A stretch of 44,109 nt of DNA from Ignavibacterium sp. GTDB lineage: Bacteria; Bacteroidota; Ignavibacteria; Ignavibacteriales; Ignavibacteriaceae. Positions 1 through 9,501 of this stretch are shown here, piece by piece (position 1 is the first letter of the stretch; each line of letters begins with the position of its first letter). Both the position numbers and the translations under genes were made by a program. The notes under the pieces are model-generated. The model had not been told where the DNA came from, did not search any database, and was given only the letters and a program-made list of their open reading frames with translations. The stretch is taken from positions 1 to 44,109 of the forward strand of contig JAGOXU010000001.1 of assembly GCA_018059515.1 (NCBI GenBank), written 5' to 3'.

Positions 1-1631
1 TTGCAAAAGATGTTATTCTTAAACTTGCAGGCATCTTAACTGTAAAAGGCGGCACGGGCGCTATTGTAGAATATTTTGGCAAGGGAACAAATTCAATTTC
101 CTGCACAGGCAAAGGAACTATATGTAATATGGGTGCAGAAATTGGTGCAACAACTTCTGTTTTTCCGTTTGACGAAAAAATGGCAGCTTACCTAAGAATT
201 ACAAAACGTGTTGATGTTGCGGCGCTTGCAGAAGGTTTAGCAGATGAACTTTGTGCTGATAAAGAAGTGTTTGCTGATCCAAAAAAATATTATGATCAGG
301 TAATTGAAATAAATTTAAGTGAACTTGAACCGCATCTTAACGGACCATTTACTCCTGATAAAGCTTGGCCTATTTCAAAAATGAAAGAAGCAGTAAAGAG
401 TGAAAATTATCCTGATAAAATTTCTGTTGGATTGATTGGAAGCTGTACAAACTCCAGTTACGAAGATATTGATCGCTCTGCAAGTATTGCTAAACAGGCA
501 CTTGCAAAAGGATTAAAAGCAAAATCACAATACACAATTACTCCAGGCTCAGAGCAAGTTCGTGCTACAATTGAAAGAGACGGACAATTAAAAACTTTAA
601 CGGATATTGGAGGCTTAATTCTTGCTAACGCTTGCGGACCTTGTATTGGAATGTGGAAAAGAATGGATGTTAAAACCGGCGAACGAAATACAATCGTAAC
701 ATCTTTTAACAGAAATTTTGCAAAACGTAATGATGGAAATCCCGAAACACTTGCGTTTGTTGCATCACCCGAAATTACAACGGCGCTTGCAATAGCAGGT
801 AGTTTGTCTTACAATCCTATAACAGATGAGCTTGTAAATGAAAAAGGTGAAAAGGTAAAACTGGATGCTCCAACCGGAGAAGAGTTACCACCGCGCGGAT
901 TTGATGAAGGTGCTGCGGGATTTGTTGCGCCTGCAGAAGATGGAAGTAAAGTAGATGTTAAGGTTGATGTAAAGAGTGAACGATTACAATTGTTAACTCC
1001 TTTCTCTCCATGGGATGGAAAAGATTTAGTTGATCTTCCTGTTTTGTTAAAAGCATTTGGTAAATGTACAACAGATCATATCTCAATGGCTGGACCGTGG
1101 TTAAAATTTCGTGGACATCTTGATAATATTTCTAACAATATGTTTATAGGTGCTATAAATGCTTTTACAAAAGAAGCAGGAAAAGTTAAAAATACGTTTA
1201 CGGGAGAAACAAAATCAGTTCCCGAAGTTGCACGCGAATACAAAGCAAAAGGTGTAAACTGGGTTGTTATTGGTGATGAAAATTACGGCGAAGGTTCATC
1301 GCGTGAGCACGCTGCAATGGAACCAAGATTTCTTGGCGGCAGAGCAATTATTGTAAAAAGTTTTGCGCGCATCCACGAAACAAATTTAAAGAAACAAGGA
1401 ATGCTGCCGCTAACTTTTGCTGATCCTAAAGATTATGATAAAATAAAAGAAGATGATAAAGTTGATTTATTAATTTCAGATTTGGCACCTGAAAAGCAAG
1501 TGAAAATGATTGTTAAGCATAATGATGGAAGTAAAGATGAAGTAATGTTGAATCAAACATTTAACGCAGCCCAGATTGAATGGTTTAAAGCAGGCAGTGC
1601 ATTAAATTTAATTGCAAGTAAACAAAAATAA
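1..1631 (+). CDS. acnA: aconitate hydratase, C-terminal ~540 aa (5' end lies upstream of the window)
   Basis: Frame 3 is open from nt 3 ([26 protein letters not shown]...), so the Met at 129 is internal. Aconitase Fe-S ligand motifs [12 protein letters not shown] and [11 protein letters not shown] are present, plus the swivel-domain motif [15 protein letters not shown]. Confidence 0.93.
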   Translation, partial: AKDVILKLAGILTVKGGTGAIVEYFGKGTNSISCTGKGTICNMGAEIGATTSVFPFDEKMAAYLRITKRVDVAALAEGLADELCADKEVFADPKKYYDQVIEINLSELEPHLNGPFTPDKAWPISKMKEAVKSENYPDKISVGLIGSCTNSSYEDIDRSASIAKQALAKGLKAKSQYTITPGSEQVRATIERDGQLKTLTDIGGLILANACGPCIGMWKRMDVKTGERNTIVTSFNRNFAKRNDGNPETLAFVASPEITTALAIAGSLSYNPITDELVNEKGEKVKLDAPTGEELPPRGFDEGAAGFVAPAEDGSKVDVKVDVKSERLQLLTPFSPWDGKDLVDLPVLLKAFGKCTTDHISMAGPWLKFRGHLDNISNNMFIGAINAFTKEAGKVKNTFTGETKSVPEVAREYKAKGVNWVVIGDENYGEGSSREHAAMEPRFLGGRAIIVKSFARIHETNLKKQGMLPLTFADPKDYDKIKEDDKVDLLISDLAPEKQVKMIVKHNDGSKDEVMLNQTFNAAQIEWFKAGSALNLIASKQK

Positions 1632-1677
1632 CCGTAGCGCAGGAATACTTTCCTGCGACTATGAAACACTATTTAGT

Positions 1678-1717
1678 AAGGCGATTCAAATTTGAGTCGC
1701 CTTTTTTATTTTTTATT
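1678..1717 (+). terminator. rho-independent terminator after the aconitase gene
   Basis: aaggcgattcaaa/tttgagtcgcctt hairpin (one mismatch) followed by tttttt-a-tttttt, about 47 nt after the stop codon. Confidence 0.7.
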
Positions 1718-1736
1718 GGGAACTAATATTGAAAAA

Positions 1737-1844
1737 CTCTTTGTGTACTTGGTGAAAACCTTTGAGTTCTTTGTGGTAAAAAGAAAAACCACTCCAAAAG
1801 GGATGGCTTTGCCAGAAGTTCACAAAGAAAAAACAACACAAAGC
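1737..1844. repeat. gene-less nested inverted repeat built from CTTTGTG / CACAAAG motifs
   Basis: ctttgtgt (1739-1746) pairs with acacaaag (1836-1843), and ttctttgtg (1767-1775) pairs with cacaaagaa (1821-1829). The motif resembles the CGCAAAG arms flanking the GxxExxY gene at 9087/9502. Confidence 0.6.
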
Positions 1845-1860
1845 TCGCAATGGATTAGCT

Positions 1861-2331
1861 TTATTTTACTTCAGCCCCATAAATTTTTTCCAACAGATCA
1901 GAAAGAGTTTTCTTTTCTGTGTTGGACAGAGCAGTGGAAATAAAACTTCCTAATGAATCAATTTCCGGTTTTACTTTTTCTAAAAGTTTTATGCCTTTTT
2001 CTGTAATGCGGGTCATTGATAATCTTTTGTCTGTATCAGAATTAAATCTTTCAACCAATTTTTCTTTTAAAAGATTATCAATTAAACGTGTAACATCCGG
2101 CGCGGGTTCAATCATTCGGCTAATTATATCAAAGCGCGGATGACCTTTTGGATAAACGCCATTAAGAATTCTCAGCACATTATATTGCGGCATTGTTAAA
2201 CTGGATTTTCTTAAAACCTCTTCGTGTTTTGATCGTAAGAAATATGATGTAACAAAGATGTTTAATGAAACTTCTTGATCTAAATTTGCAAACTTAGTCT
2301 GCTTCAGCCATCGCTTTAGTATTTCGCCCAT
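1861..2331 (-). CDS. MarR-family transcriptional regulator
   Basis: 156 aa. Winged-helix core: MPQYNVLRILNG...DVTRLIDNLLKEKLVERFNSDTDKRLSMTRITEKG. Confidence 0.85.
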   Translation of the reverse strand: MGEILKRWLKQTKFANLDQEVSLNIFVTSYFLRSKHEEVLRKSSLTMPQYNVLRILNGVYPKGHPRFDIISRMIEPAPDVTRLIDNLLKEKLVERFNSDTDKRLSMTRITEKGIKLLEKVKPEIDSLGSFISTALSNTEKKTLSDLLEKIYGAEVK

Positions 2332-2351
2332 AACCTATAAATAATTTACTG

Positions 2352-2361
2352 TGTTATAACA
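2352..2361. promoter_or_regulatory. perfect 10-bp palindrome TGTTATAACA, candidate MarR operator
   Basis: Lies 21 nt upstream of the marR-like start, in the divergent promoter region. Sequence symmetry is the only evidence. Confidence 0.3.
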
Positions 2362-2591
2362 TTAAAAATAGTTTTTTGAATCAGTATATCAAAGGAGGAA
2401 TTGGGTGGAAGGTAAATTAGGTATAGGTTTGTCGCAGCAATCAGTTCCCGAAATTAAAATATTCTACCACTCCAATATTGCATATTTCTCTGTGCCATAT
2501 ACTAATCACTTTATACTCAAAAATCGCATAGTATTCTCAAATCATTATTGTTATTTTTTGCACATCAAAAAAGTAACACAATTTAGTTTTT

Positions 2592-4685
2592 ATGATTTTT
2601 CTTAATCCCGCAATTTTATTTGGTTTGTTCGCCGCTTCCATTCCGGTAATCATACATTTATTCAATCTTAGAAAACTTAAAAAGATTGAATTTAGTACGC
2701 TTGCATTTTTAAAAGAGCTGCAAAAAAATAAAATTAGAAAAATAAAACTGAAGCAATGGATTCTTCTTGCTCTGCGCGTGCTGATAATTTTATTTATAGT
2801 TATGGCTTTTGCACGTCCGACTTTAAAATCATTTCAAATAGGCGGAACAACTTCTGCTGCAAAAACAACGGCAATATTTATATTGGATGATACATTTAGT
2901 ATGTCCGTTGTTGATCAAAAAGGTTCATACTTTAATCAGGGGAAAGAAATTATTAATAAAGTAGTTTCTCAATTGCAGGAAGGTGATGAAGTTGGATTGA
3001 TTTTGGTTTCCAATCCAAAGAAAGAAAATAAACTGACTTCCAATCTATCAGAGTTTTTGAAAACTACTGTTCAATTAGATCTAAATTATACATCCGGTGA
3101 TATAAACTCCGCACTTGTAAAATCCGCACAACTGATTTCCGAGAGTAAAAATTTTAATAAAGAAATTTATGTTCTATCTGATTTTCAAAAGGATAAGATC
3201 ATAAATAAAAACATTACAAACGATTTAAGCGAATTACTTAACGAAAGCGTTAAACTTTACTCGTTTGATTTATCTGATAAGGATGTTTTTAATCTTTCGG
3301 TTGATGATTTAAAAATTAACAATCAAATTTTTGAAAAAGATAAACCGGTTAGCTTTTCAATCACGGTTACAAATAATTCAAATCAGGATGTAAACAGTGC
3401 TGTCGTGTCATTATTTTTAGATAACGAAAGAGCAGCGCAAAAAAGTTTCGATGTGAAAGCAGGGCAATCAACAAATGTTGAGATAGAAGCAGTTCCAAAA
3501 TCCACAGGATTTATTGATGTAACTGCTGAAATTGAAACTGATGAAATTGAACAGGATAACAAACGGTTTGCAAGTTTGTTTATTCCGGAAAAAATTTCTG
3601 TTGGATTGTTTGCGGAAAATAATAATGATTTATCCTTTGTTGATTTAGCATTGCAAACAACGGGTGAAACGAAGTATTTAATTGAAAGAAAAAATATAAA
3701 TCAATTAAGTTCGCAGCAATTAAATAAATATCAGACAATAATTTTTTCAGCAAATAGCTTAATATCTGGAATTGAACTCATAAAAAATTACATTCAAAAC
3801 GGCGGTGGATTGTTTTTGTTTCCTTCATCTGTTCCTGATCAATCAACACTGAATCAATTTTATTCTCAGTTGGGATTAGGAGTGAACTCATCTTTTGTTG
3901 GGAAGGTGAACAGTAATGATTTGAAAATAAAGTTTGATAAAACTGATTTCAATCATCCTATCTTTCAAAACGTCTTTCAGAATGATGAAAAGAAAAAATA
4001 TGAATCACCTGAGATAAATGCATATTACAAAAATTCATCAGCAGGCAATCAAATAATTTCTTTGGTTGATGGTTCATCATTTTTAAGTGAGATTAGATTT
4101 GGCAAAGGTAAAATTCTGGTATTTAATTGTGCACCGGTTTTAACCTGGAGTGATTTTCCGATTAAAAGTATTTTTGCTCCGTTAATGAATAAATCAGTTG
4201 CATATCTTTCATCAAAAGAAAGAGATCAAAACATTTTTATTGCAGGTGAAGAAGTTAATATTAATTTAAGAAATCAAAATTCATCACAAATAAAAATTGT
4301 TAAACCAGATAAATCTGAAGAGTTCATCAATCTTAATGAGAATTCATCGAGAGATTATTTAGCTTACTCAAATACAAACGTGGCAGGTAATTATAAATTT
4401 TATTCAGGGGACAAATTGATAGATAATATTTCAATTAACACTGATCCTGCTGAATCAAAGACTAATTATGCAGATGAAAATGATTTTGAAAATTATCTAA
4501 AAGAAATAAAGTTTGATGGCAATTATGTTCCGATTGATAAAGAAAGTAATATCACGGAAAAAATTCTACAAGCAAGATTTGGCAGTGAGTTGTGGAGATA
4601 TTTTTTGCTTGTTGCAATAATATTAGCTTTGATTGAAATGACAATTGCAAGAAATACTAAAAAAGATTTAGCAGGAATCCAGTAA
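2592..4685 (+). CDS. BatA-N-domain (N-terminal double-transmembrane) membrane protein, Bat/aerotolerance-like
   Basis: N-terminus MIFLNPAILFGLFAASIPVIIHLFNLRK...ALRVLIILFIVMAFARP is typical of the BatA N-terminal domain. It has a large extracytoplasmic body and a C-terminal TM helix (LWRYFLLVAIILALIEMTIA). Confidence 0.75.
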   Translation: MIFLNPAILFGLFAASIPVIIHLFNLRKLKKIEFSTLAFLKELQKNKIRKIKLKQWILLALRVLIILFIVMAFARPTLKSFQIGGTTSAAKTTAIFILDDTFSMSVVDQKGSYFNQGKEIINKVVSQLQEGDEVGLILVSNPKKENKLTSNLSEFLKTTVQLDLNYTSGDINSALVKSAQLISESKNFNKEIYVLSDFQKDKIINKNITNDLSELLNESVKLYSFDLSDKDVFNLSVDDLKINNQIFEKDKPVSFSITVTNNSNQDVNSAVVSLFLDNERAAQKSFDVKAGQSTNVEIEAVPKSTGFIDVTAEIETDEIEQDNKRFASLFIPEKISVGLFAENNNDLSFVDLALQTTGETKYLIERKNINQLSSQQLNKYQTIIFSANSLISGIELIKNYIQNGGGLFLFPSSVPDQSTLNQFYSQLGLGVNSSFVGKVNSNDLKIKFDKTDFNHPIFQNVFQNDEKKKYESPEINAYYKNSSAGNQIISLVDGSSFLSEIRFGKGKILVFNCAPVLTWSDFPIKSIFAPLMNKSVAYLSSKERDQNIFIAGEEVNINLRNQNSSQIKIVKPDKSEEFINLNENSSRDYLAYSNTNVAGNYKFYSGDKLIDNISINTDPAESKTNYADENDFENYLKEIKFDGNYVPIDKESNITEKILQARFGSELWRYFLLVAIILALIEMTIARNTKKDLAGIQ

Positions 4686-4686
4686 C

Positions 4687-4789
4687 GTCATTGTGAATCC
4701 CATTGGGACGAAGCAATCCGCCAAATAAATATGGTAGATTGCTTCACTCGAAGACCTGTCTGCCGATAGGCAGGCTCGTTCGCAATGAC
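4687..4789. repeat. composite palindromic element: two inverted units of the type GTCATTG(C/T)GAA...GAAGCAATC
   Basis: Unit A is 4687-4718 (gtcattgtgaa-tcccattggga-cgaagcaatc). Unit B, inverted, is 4737-4789 (gattgcttc...cctgtctgccgataggcagg...ttcgcaatgac). Perfect 9-bp gaagcaatc/gattgcttc arms. The element is GC-rich compared with its flanks. Confidence 0.75.
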
Positions 4790-4804
4790 AATCAATAAAA
4801 GATT

Positions 4805-6067
4805 ATGATAGAAATAACAAAAAAAGTAATTGAACGTGCAATGCTTGTTGCACTTGATACAAAACAATATAGCAAAGAAGTTGTTGAAGAACATCTTGCC
4901 GAGCTTGAAGAACTTGCTAACACTGCGGGAGCAGAAACAATCTTTAAGATAGTCCAGAGCAAAGCAAGAATGGATTCTGCTTATTACATTGGAAAAGGCA
5001 AAGCAGAAGAACTTGCACAGCTTGTTGAATTGAACGACATCAACATAGTTATTTTTGATGATGATTTGTCCCCCGTACAGGTAAGAAACCTTTCTGATCT
5101 ATTCAAACGAAAAGTGATTGATAGAAGCGGATTGATACTCGATATTTTTGCTTCGCGTGCAAAAAGTAAAGAAGCAAAAACTCAGGTTGAACTTGCACAG
5201 CTTCAATATCTTTTACCGCGTTTAACACGTGCCTGGACTCACTTATCAAAGCAATATGGCGGTATTGGCACTAAGGGTCCCGGTGAAACTCAGATTGAAA
5301 CTGATAGAAGAATTATTCGTACAAGAATTGCACATTTAAAAGAAAAACTTACTGAAATTGAATCACACAGAGTTACCCAAAGTGCAGGAAGAAAAAACTC
5401 AACACGAATTGCAATAGCCGGATACACTAATGCCGGCAAATCAACTTTGTTTAATTTGTTAACCAACTCTGATGTTTTTGCAGAAGATAAATTATTTGCA
5501 ACACTTGATTCAACTACAAGAACGCTTGATGTGCACGATACAGAAAAAATCATTATCAGTGATACAGTTGGATTTATACGCAAACTACCACCGCAGCTTG
5601 TTGCATCTTTTAAAAGTACATTAAGTGAAGTGCGTGAGGCTGATATTATTTTTCACGTGATTGATGTTTCGCACCCGTTTTATGAGGATCATCTTATTGT
5701 TGTGGAAGATACTTTAAAAGAATTTGGCAGTGCGGATAAAAAAGTTGTTAGAATATTTAATAAAGTTGATCTGATAAAAGATAAAAGTAAAATCGATTTT
5801 ATTCGTAACTCCCACAAAGACAGCATAATGATCTCTGCAAAACGTGGAATAAACATTGCAGCATTAAAATCTTTACTCAATACAATAATTGAAGATCAAT
5901 TTGTTGAAACTAAAATCACTTTACAGTTGAATGAATCAAAAAAAGTTTCGCAGATACATTCTCTGGCAGAAGTATTAAAGATAGATTATGATGAAGATGG
6001 GATAAAAATCCATTACAAAACAAGTAAACAAAATTCAGAAAAAATAAAGAAGATAATTTATGGCTGA
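4805..6067 (+). CDS. hflX: GTPase HflX
   Basis: HflX N-domain followed by a G domain: G1 GYTNAGKST, G3 DTVGF, G4 NKVD. Confidence 0.93.
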   Translation: MIEITKKVIERAMLVALDTKQYSKEVVEEHLAELEELANTAGAETIFKIVQSKARMDSAYYIGKGKAEELAQLVELNDINIVIFDDDLSPVQVRNLSDLFKRKVIDRSGLILDIFASRAKSKEAKTQVELAQLQYLLPRLTRAWTHLSKQYGGIGTKGPGETQIETDRRIIRTRIAHLKEKLTEIESHRVTQSAGRKNSTRIAIAGYTNAGKSTLFNLLTNSDVFAEDKLFATLDSTTRTLDVHDTEKIIISDTVGFIRKLPPQLVASFKSTLSEVREADIIFHVIDVSHPFYEDHLIVVEDTLKEFGSADKKVVRIFNKVDLIKDKSKIDFIRNSHKDSIMISAKRGINIAALKSLLNTIIEDQFVETKITLQLNESKKVSQIHSLAEVLKIDYDEDGIKIHYKTSKQNSEKIKKIIYG

Positions 6068-7625
6068 TAAAAAACTTATTATTGACGGCAGTTCACTTAC
6101 ACTTGAGAAAATAAATTTTTTCCTGCTGGAAAATCCAACAGTGTCATTGTCAAATGAATCTAAAAAGAAAGTAATAAAAGCACGAAAGCTTATTAATAAA
6201 TGGGTTGATGAGGGGGAAATAATTTACGGTGTTACAACAGGCTTTGGCGAGTTTGCAAATGTTTCAATTTCTAAAAAAGATATTGAGAAGCTTCAGGAAA
6301 ATTTAATCATAAGCCATTCAACCGGTGTTGGTGAACCTCTGCCGCCGTTTATTGTAAAGATAATGATGCTGCTGCGTGTTAATGCACTTGCAAGCGGTCA
6401 TTCGGGAATTCGTCTTGAAACACTTGAACTTTTAATTGCAATGATAAACAACAATATTATTCCGGTTATTCCTTCTCAAGGTTCTGTTGGATCAAGCGGC
6501 GATCTTGCACCTCTTTCGCATCTTGTGCTTGCAATGATCGGCAAGGGTGAAGCGCAGATTTATCAAGATGTGATAAAAGATAATCCGCATAAAATTAGAG
6601 TTTTAAAATCAACTGCTGCATTAAAAAAGTTTGGGCTAACACCGATTAAATTAGCGGCTAAAGAAGGATTAGCCTTAATTAACGGTACTCAAATGATGAC
6701 GGCGTTTGCAGCTTTCATTTGTATCGAAGCAAAAAAACTTGAAAAGATTGCAGATATTTCCGGCGCACTTTCTCACGAAACATTACGCGGAACAGATAAC
6801 GCTTTTGATTTGCGATTGCATAAACTAAGACCTTTTCCCGGACAAATTGCAGTTGCAAAAAATATTCTTGCAATGATTAAGGGAAGTGAGATTCGAGAAT
6901 CTCATAGAGAAAATGATCCGCGGGTACAGGATTCATATTCACTTCGCTGCATTCCTCAAATACATGGGGCTTCAAGAGATTCGATTGATTATGTTTGTTC
7001 AAGAGTTGAGATTGAACTTAATTCTGTTAATGATAATCCATTAATTTTTCCTGATGATGAAGCTCATCTTGAAGGTGGAAATTTTCATGGTCAGCCTATT
7101 GCACTTGCAATGGATTTTATGGCAATCGCACTATCGGAATATGCAAATGTATCCGAGCGAAGAACAGAAAGAATGTTAAACGGTTCACTTAGCAACCTGC
7201 CAAGATTTCTTTCAAAGAACGGCGGATTAAATTCCGGTTTGATGATAGTACAATACACTGCAGCAGCACTTGTTTCAGAAAATAAAGTTCTTGCACATCC
7301 AGCGAGTGTGGATTCAATTCCAACTTCTGCAAATCAGGAAGATCATAATTCAATGGGATCAATTGCTGCACGAAAATGTTTTCAAATTCTAAATAATGTT
7401 CAAGCAGTTTTAGCAATTGAAATATTAACTGCCTGCCAGGGTATGGAATTTCATAAACCATTAAAACCAGGAACAGGCAGCAGCATCGCATATAAAATAG
7501 TTCGCAAATCGGTTCCAGCATTAGAAAATGATAGAATTATTTATAAGGATATTGAAAGGGTAAAAGAAATGATTTTAAATAATAATTTGTTAGATGAACT
7601 TTCGATAAAAATAGATATTAAATAA
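6060..7625 (+). CDS. hutH: histidine ammonia-lyase (MIO-dependent aromatic amino acid lyase family)
   Basis: YGVTTGFG, LIISHSTGVG, GSVGSSGDLAPLSHL (MIO region) and NQEDHNSMG. Overlaps the hflX stop by 8 nt. Confidence 0.88.
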   Translation: MADKKLIIDGSSLTLEKINFFLLENPTVSLSNESKKKVIKARKLINKWVDEGEIIYGVTTGFGEFANVSISKKDIEKLQENLIISHSTGVGEPLPPFIVKIMMLLRVNALASGHSGIRLETLELLIAMINNNIIPVIPSQGSVGSSGDLAPLSHLVLAMIGKGEAQIYQDVIKDNPHKIRVLKSTAALKKFGLTPIKLAAKEGLALINGTQMMTAFAAFICIEAKKLEKIADISGALSHETLRGTDNAFDLRLHKLRPFPGQIAVAKNILAMIKGSEIRESHRENDPRVQDSYSLRCIPQIHGASRDSIDYVCSRVEIELNSVNDNPLIFPDDEAHLEGGNFHGQPIALAMDFMAIALSEYANVSERRTERMLNGSLSNLPRFLSKNGGLNSGLMIVQYTAAALVSENKVLAHPASVDSIPTSANQEDHNSMGSIAARKCFQILNNVQAVLAIEILTACQGMEFHKPLKPGTGSSIAYKIVRKSVPALENDRIIYKDIERVKEMILNNNLLDELSIKIDIK

Positions 7626-7640
7626 TTGGTTGAGATCAAT

Positions 7641-7964
7641 ATGAACAAAACATTTTTACTAACATTTGAACACGGACCGAAATATCAATCTGAAAAAGGT
7701 TTTCGCGATCAAACAAATTGGGAAAAGCATTCTAAGTTTTCTGATAAACTTTTTTTACAGCATAAAGTAACAATGGGCGGGACGTTAAAAGATCAGTCAA
7801 AACTAATTGTGATTGCAAACGGAAGAAATGAAAGCTCGATTAGAAATCTTTTTAAAGATGATCCATTTATAAAAAATGGTGTGTTTACTTTAACTCATGT
7901 TGATGAATGGGAATTGCACTTAAATCCGGAACAAATAGATGAATCAGAGCAATCTGGAAATTGA
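7641..7964 (+). CDS. YciI-like (DGPF-domain) small protein
   Basis: ~107 aa with a YciI-like pattern (LLTFEHGP...GGTL...DPFIKNGVF). I prefer the ATG at 7641 to the TTG at 7626 used by the ORF track. Confidence 0.6.
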   Translation: MNKTFLLTFEHGPKYQSEKGFRDQTNWEKHSKFSDKLFLQHKVTMGGTLKDQSKLIVIANGRNESSIRNLFKDDPFIKNGVFTLTHVDEWELHLNPEQIDESEQSGN

Positions 7965-9021
7965 CATTAATGTTATTGGTGTTATGTCCGGAACTTCTTT
8001 GGATGGGTTAGATATTTGTTATGCAAATTTTATTCAAAAAGATTCTAAATGGTTTTATAAAATTATTGAAACTCAATGTATTAATTATCCGCAGCCACTA
8101 AAAATGCAAATTGCAAATGCACATTTAATGGATGCAAATTTTTTTGTACAATTGAATACAGACTTTGGAATTTTTATAGGTAAATCAGTAAAAACATTTT
8201 TAGATACTTATTCTGCCAAACCTGAAATAATTGCTTCTCATGGGCATACAATTTTTCACCAGCCTGAGAAGAAATTGACATATCAAATCGGTAACGGAGC
8301 TAATATAGCGGCTGAAACCGGGATTAGTACTGTTTGTGATTTTAGAAGCTTAGACGTTGCTCTAAACGGACAGGGTGCTCCTCTTGTTCCAATCGGCGAT
8401 AAGTTACTTTTTTCAGATTACGACTCCTGTTTAAATCTTGGCGGCTTTTCAAACATATCATTCAATAAAAATGGAAAAAGAATAGCTTATGATATTTGCC
8501 CTGTAAACTTTGTGCTTAATTATTATATGATGAAAATTGGAAAAGATTTTGATGAAGATGGAATGACCGCAAGATCAGGAAATATTGATATCAAATTATT
8601 AGACAGTTTAAATGAATTAAATTTTTATAAAAGCCATGGTCCAAAATCTTTAGCTAGAGAAGATGTTGAAAAGGAATTTTTACCTTTAATTGATTCATTC
8701 AATTTAAATGTTGAAGATAAACTCGCTACTTATTGTGAACATATTGCAATTCAGATTAGTAAAAACATTCCAGAAGGAAAAATAATTATAACAGGCGGGG
8801 GAGCATTTAATAAATTTTTAATTGAGCGAATAAAAAATAATGCACCTAATTGCACTATTTATATTCCGGATGATCAAACAATAAATTACAAAGAAGCATT
8901 AATTTTTGCTTTTCTCGGAGTTTTATATTTATATGATTTGCCAAATTGTTTATCATCAGTTACAGGCGCGATTTCCGACAGCATTGGCGGCGCACTTTAT
9001 AAATCACTTAAATTGATTTAA
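7939..9021 (+). CDS. anmK: anhydro-N-acetylmuramic acid kinase
   Basis: IGVMSGTSLDGLD, SHGHTIFHQP and CDFRSLDVALNGQGAPLVP match AnmK signatures. Confidence 0.9.
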   Translation: MNQSNLEIDINVIGVMSGTSLDGLDICYANFIQKDSKWFYKIIETQCINYPQPLKMQIANAHLMDANFFVQLNTDFGIFIGKSVKTFLDTYSAKPEIIASHGHTIFHQPEKKLTYQIGNGANIAAETGISTVCDFRSLDVALNGQGAPLVPIGDKLLFSDYDSCLNLGGFSNISFNKNGKRIAYDICPVNFVLNYYMMKIGKDFDEDGMTARSGNIDIKLLDSLNELNFYKSHGPKSLAREDVEKEFLPLIDSFNLNVEDKLATYCEHIAIQISKNIPEGKIIITGGGAFNKFLIERIKNNAPNCTIYIPDDQTINYKEALIFAFLGVLYLYDLPNCLSSVTGAISDSIGGALYKSLKLI

Positions 9022-9086
9022 ATAAAATTTAGCCTTAATAGTTTTCCACTTTTTCTATTCTTATACCTAAATTTAACCATTAAAAA

Positions 9087-9114
9087 TTTCACGCAAAGAC
9101 GCAGAGCCGCAAAG
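9087..9114. repeat. left arm of the 28-nt inverted repeat bracketing the GxxExxY gene
   Basis: tttcacgcaaagacgcagagccgcaaag. 25 of 28 positions match the reverse complement of 9502-9529, and the outer 16 nt match perfectly. Confidence 0.85.
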
Positions 9115-9121
9115 TAAGAAT

Positions 9122-9499
9122 ATGAATGAAAATGAAATTTCAAAAATCTTAGTTGATTGTTGTTTTAAAGTTCATACTAAATTAGGACCAGGATTATTAG
9201 AATCTGTTTATGAAGAAGTGTTAAGTTATGAGATTATAAGTAGAGGGCTGAAGATAGAGAGGCAAAAGGGAATTCCTGTTATTTATAATGATATTAAAAT
9301 GGAATTAGGTTTTAGAGCTGATATAATTGTAGAAAATAAAATTATCATTGAATTAAAATCCATCGAGGCTATAGCACCAGTCCACAGTAAACAACTTTTA
9401 ACTTATTTGAAATTATCCGGAATCAAATTGGGGCTGTTAATTAATTTTAACGAAGCATTAATAAAAGATGGTATTAAAAGAATTGTAAATAATTTATAA
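9122..9499 (+). CDS. GxxExxY protein (PD-(D/E)XK nuclease-fold family, the type found in 23S rRNA intervening sequences)
   Basis: 125 aa. Contains the eponymous motif GLLESVYEE, then RADIIVENKIIIELKS (D...ExK-like). Confidence 0.85.
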   Translation: MNENEISKILVDCCFKVHTKLGPGLLESVYEEVLSYEIISRGLKIERQKGIPVIYNDIKMELGFRADIIVENKIIIELKSIEAIAPVHSKQLLTYLKLSGIKLGLLINFNEALIKDGIKRIVNNL

Positions 9500-9501
9500 T
9501 T

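Noticed and set aside
1692-1943. 83-aa plus-strand ORF between the aconitase and marR genes.
   Set aside because: It runs through the terminator and the CACAAAG inverted repeats and overlaps the 3' end of marR on the opposite strand. Its composition is typical of translated repeat DNA.
4688-4894. 68-aa minus-strand ORF across the palindromic element and the hflX start.
   Set aside because: It is a translation artefact of the repeat (ending ...IASSQWDSQ) and overlaps the well-supported hflX start.
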